A DNA stretch of 64,000 bases from the human T2T-CHM13v2.0 reference genome, Homo sapiens, in the NCBI RefSeq assembly GCF_009914755.1, contig NC_060928.1, one strand, 5' to 3'. The position numbers and the translations under genes were made by a program. Below are positions 59,141-64,000 of the stretch, one piece after another. Within the stretch, counting starts at the first letter, position 1, and each line of letters starts with the position of its first letter. The notes beneath the pieces are model-generated. The model saw nothing but the letters and a program-made list of their open reading frames with translations, made no database searches and was not told the origin of the DNA.

Positions 59141-60143
59141 GTAAGCTTCATTGGGAAGCATCTAGTCAACCTCACCCCTCATTGGTGATTGGGGAGAAGT
59201 GTGGAATTAAAAAAAAGTCAAGTCTAATTTTAGTGGCCATCTCCCTTCTTTTCATCACATCTTAATCTATTTCCATATACCTTACTTAATAGACATGAGT
59301 TTCACCACCTTTCATGATTCCTCTTAATTAAAATTCCCAGAAGGCCGGGAAATAGGAAGAAGACAGAAAAACCCAAGGGTTTTGTTGCCTATAAACTAGA
59401 TAATGATTTGATGATATACTTTGAATTAAATTATAAACTAGAAACTAATTGTATGGCTTGTCTCTGGGTACTCTAGGGAGACAACATAGTGTGGGGAGCA
59501 CAGACTTCAGACAGGTGGTCTTGGGCTTAAATCTCAGGCCTGCCACTTACTTTGCAGTGTGATCTTAGACAAATGCCTCACCCTCTCTGAGCTCCAGTTT
59601 CTACAAGTGTAAGATGTGGGTGCTGACAGTGGATGTTGTGAGGAGCACACAGCATGTGTCTGCTATACTGTAAGGCCTTAGAGAGCGGGCAGGATTCACT
59701 GTTTTTTCAGTGAGATCTGCCAGCCCAAACTGTTACTGGTCCAAGAAGAGATAAGTACAGAACTTGAAACTAAGCTTTTGGAAATGTTTCCAGCAATGTG
59801 ACACAGTGATCCTAATTAAAAATGTGGACTTATATTTTGTCCATCTGTTTTTTTTTAAATTTTGTTTTTCTACTAATTTATTTTTACTGTATCGTATAAA
59901 AATATCAGCCTGTAGTAGATTGGAAAATTTTTAAAAAGAAAAAAAATTGATGCTTCACAGATAGTTTGAGAACCGCTATTTTGAAGCTTACCTTCAGTCA
60001 TTATTAGTGTTCTAGTCAAACAATGATTTCTTTAAAAATATATGTTAATGTCTTCTGGCAAGAGTAAAAGCCTGAGTCTAATCTGATTCTATGCTACTGA
60101 GTTCTGGTTGAGCTCATCATGAATAACCAGGTGTTCTGAATAA

Positions 60144-60827
<684 letters not shown>

Positions 60828-62462
60828 TGCATATGCATTTTTCATCTCTAGGAGCATAAATGGAACAAAGCAGTGTTTTTTACTATAGTTTTTTAGGCAT
60901 TTTTAACCTTTTCTGAATTTTGACATCAATTTTAGTAATCATGGGAAGTTATTGTTTGTTACGCATTTTCCCTTTCTATGGATAAGGAAACTTGGGCTTA
61001 GAGCAGTTGAATAGTGGCTTAGGGCCACAGAGCTGGGTTCACACCACCGTACTGCACTGCCTCCTGTTGAACAGGATCTCCAGGTGCTTATCTCAGAACA
61101 CGTATGCAGTGGTGAAGACCGAAGTTCTGGATGGACACCAGCTTTCAGTGTGACTTTAGCAGGTACCCTCTTTCTGGGCTCTTGCCCCCTTACTGATAGA
61201 AGGAGAGACTTGCACTGAGCAGAGGATCTTGGAGCTGTCTTGGAGTTCTAATATTCCTTGCACCTGTACTTTTTCTTGAGGTTTACCTTTACACCAAATG
61301 ACCCCAAATTGCTGTTTTGAAAAGGGAGAAAGCAGAGAAAAGAATGAGTCTGTTCTTCCCCCATTCACAGTTGCCTAGATGATCACCTTCAGGTGTCTTT
61401 GCTTCTGCGAAAGGCAAATTGCATGGGTCTGTGACAGCTATTCCAAATATTTGAGCTTCTTAGAAGCCTGGCACCTGGATATTTGTTTTTCACTGGGCAT
61501 ATTTTGTGGGGGCTAATAGAAATACTCTAGGAATCTGGACCCTGGGTAGTGAAAGTTGGGCACAGATGATTGAGCATTCTGTATACTGGAGTGAGCTAAG
61601 GCTGACCTGGAATTTCCTTATGTGTTGCCTGACTTTGCCACATCACTTTTTACTGCAGAAGCTCTAACCATAAAGGGGGCTTTGTCAGTCAGGTGGTTTT
61701 AACACATTAAGATTTAACAACTCCAAACAAATGAGGGCGGTCTATTTTGTGGTTCAGAATAAAAATGTGAATCAAAAAATTTGAGCCTAAATTTGAATCA
61801 TATCTTTGACCTTTGAAGTAGAGGCCAACTCACCTCAGAGACCTTGTAAGAGAGGACAGTTGTGTGGATTAAGAGGCCCTTCCTCATAGTGACATAAAAG
61901 ACCCTGAAGTGATGGAAATAAAGGAATTTATAAAATTTTCCCAGTTAAAATTAGATGAGGGGCCAGGATTAGGGTATCAATTTAGGAGAAGATAACATAA
62001 TCCTATGACATTATAGATAATTCAGTTTAGTACACATCAAAATGATTTCTCTAAAGATATCTAGATAGAACCTTATAAGCTGGAATGTCTTTTTTAGGAA
62101 TGGGATTGCAGAGGGGCTGCCTGGGCTGCTGACAGTAGGGGCCAGATGCAAACTCTGCTTGCCTTTGACCCGGCAATGCCATTTATAAAAACTTACTCTA
62201 GAAACTAATCAGCCAAAAATGTACTGCAGTAAGAATGCTTATTGTGACATTGTTTAATAGTCAAAACAAAACAAAAAACCCAACATGTGACTATCCCATG
62301 TCATATTCCTTGAAAATGACACCATAAGTAGATCTGTATTTACTGACGTAAAAGATGTCTAAGTTGTTAAATGAAAAGAGTACAGCATGGTCTCCTGTAC
62401 TGTTGATATTTCCATGTGCGTATACATGGAAAAACACCCACGATGCAGATGTCCAGGTTATA

Positions 62463-62597
62463 GACAGGATGACCATAGGGCCCAACCTGGCATAGCCCTG
62501 GTTTATGACTCCTGTCCTGGCAAAATTATTAATAGCCTTCCTCCTCTTCACTGTCAAAAGCTTCCTGCTTTGGATGGTAAATATATGCTTATTCTAG
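62463..62597. mobile_element. MER94-like hAT MITE
   Basis: ctggtttatgactcctgtcctggcaaaattattaatagcc...cactgtcaaaag...ttggatggtaaatatatg. Confidence 0.6.
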
Positions 62598-63255
62598 TTA
62601 TGGGTGGTTTTTCACTTTCTTCTTTATACCTCTTGCATTTCAGAGGTTTTTTTGCACCACTTTTAAACAGTGAGTGTATATTATTTTTTAAGTGAGTAAG
62701 AAGCTATTTACATGGGGGATGGAGGAATGGCCTCCTGCCCTCCCAGACCCTGCCTGCAAGCCGTAGGTGGGCTCCACTGCCAGGTTTCTCTTGGGTTAGG
62801 AGTGAAGGCAGCACCATGGTGGGGAAGGGCATTCCAGGCCATTCTTAGCAAAAACATTGGGTCCAACCTGCATGATCCTGTGCTTTAAATCACAGAATCT
62901 AAGCTTACTCCTGAATACCACAATATCTGGTACTGTCCAGTGACACAGCCAATATTCTTTTCTTTCAAAAAATAAAGGTCTGATAAGACAATGGGAATGA
63001 TTTAGTAATAGGAAATTGGACATTTCATAACTTGGGAAAATTTCCCAGTTTGAGAAAAAGTATTTTGTGAAAAAAAGCCCCACTATAAATCACTTATCAT
63101 GCTGACTGTTTTCTAGCCCACATTTACTTCTCATCAGCATTTGAAGTATTTGTGGGGAGGGTGTGCGTGTGTGTGTATGTACCCAGGATATATCTATGAG
63201 CTGGAATAGCAGAGGGAGACAAGAAATAGAATAATAGTAGAAAGCAGAGATCAGG

Positions 63256-63669
63256 GTATATTTGCTTCCTGTTGCTACCATAACAAGTTACTACAAAAAT
63301 AGTGACTAAAGCAACAGAAATTCTTCTCTCAGTGTTCTGGAGGCCATAGCTCCAAAACCATGCCGTTAGCTTGTCTGTACTTGGCCTCTTCCAGCTTCTG
63401 GTGTCTGTCAGCTTCCTAGACTTGTGGTCACGGCACTCCAGCCTCTGCCTCCTTGGTCACATTGATTCCCCTTCTCATCTCCTCCTCTGTATGTCTATTA
63501 TAAGAATGCTTGTCACTGGATATAGGGCCCATCTGGATAATCCAGGATGCTCTCCTCCTCCCAAAGTCCTTACTTAATTATATCTGCAAAGAAGGTAACA
63601 TTCACAAGCTCCAGGGATTAGGAAGTGAACACATCTCTTTTGAGGGGACACCATTCAACTCACTCTACA
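63256..63669 (-). mobile_element. MLT1 (MaLR) solo LTR
   Basis: ttgctaccataacaagttactacaaa...aagcaacagaaatt...gttctggaggcc...gggcccatctggataatccaggatg...ccattcaactcactctaca. Confidence 0.85.
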
Positions 63670-64000
63670 GGGTCATTATATTAATGCTGAGATAAAATTA
63701 CAGAAGGTATAGGATGTGGTCATGGTTTACAGGGGCCCTGTATTTCTTCTACAGGCCAACTTAAAAAAAATGATACGTGAAAGGGAAAGAAGAAAGTACT
63801 TACTACACAGTAAGTATTTCCAAGAGGTGGCCCAGTGAGACTTTTGAATCTGTTAATAAAATGATTACTATTTGGTTCAAATCCACAGATGGTTATTTTA
63901 TCATTAATTGCAAGATAGGAACACAAAATATTTTTTCTCTAGTCCCCATTTGAGTAGCAGCCTTGTTTGACATTTCTGACATGGAGGACACCAAGAGAAA

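Overview
This is primate (almost certainly human) genomic DNA from the middle of TBC1D1, the Rab-GAP paralogue of TBC1D4/AS160, on the + strand. Eight coding exons can be read with canonical AG/GT boundaries and consistent phases. Six are constitutive (7441-7569, 8896-8982, 12697-12977, 17248-17387, 52981-53166, 58979-59140). Two are frame-preserving cassette exons of the long, muscle-type isoform (14978-15139 and 16155-16274; 54+40 = 94 codons) that the ORF track misses. The rest is intron, including a 35.6 kb intron, filled with Alu, L1, MIR, LTR (MER50-like, THE1, MLT1) and DNA-transposon fossils (MER5, MER58, MER30, MER3, MER20, MER6, MER94, MER96). Nearly all ORF-track entries are repeat-derived or chance ORFs. 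I see no evidence of a wholly new gene or system. The most interesting unexplained structure is (i) a shared AMPK/14-3-3-type motif in the two cassette exons, suggesting exon duplication, (ii) complementary elements around the first cassette exon (inverted Alu-family pair; UG repeat vs CA repeat), and (iii) three short locally templated duplications, each about 0.9-1.2 kb from its other copy, two with template-switch junction signatures. Repeat subfamily names come from recalled consensus sequences, and repeat boundaries are approximate.
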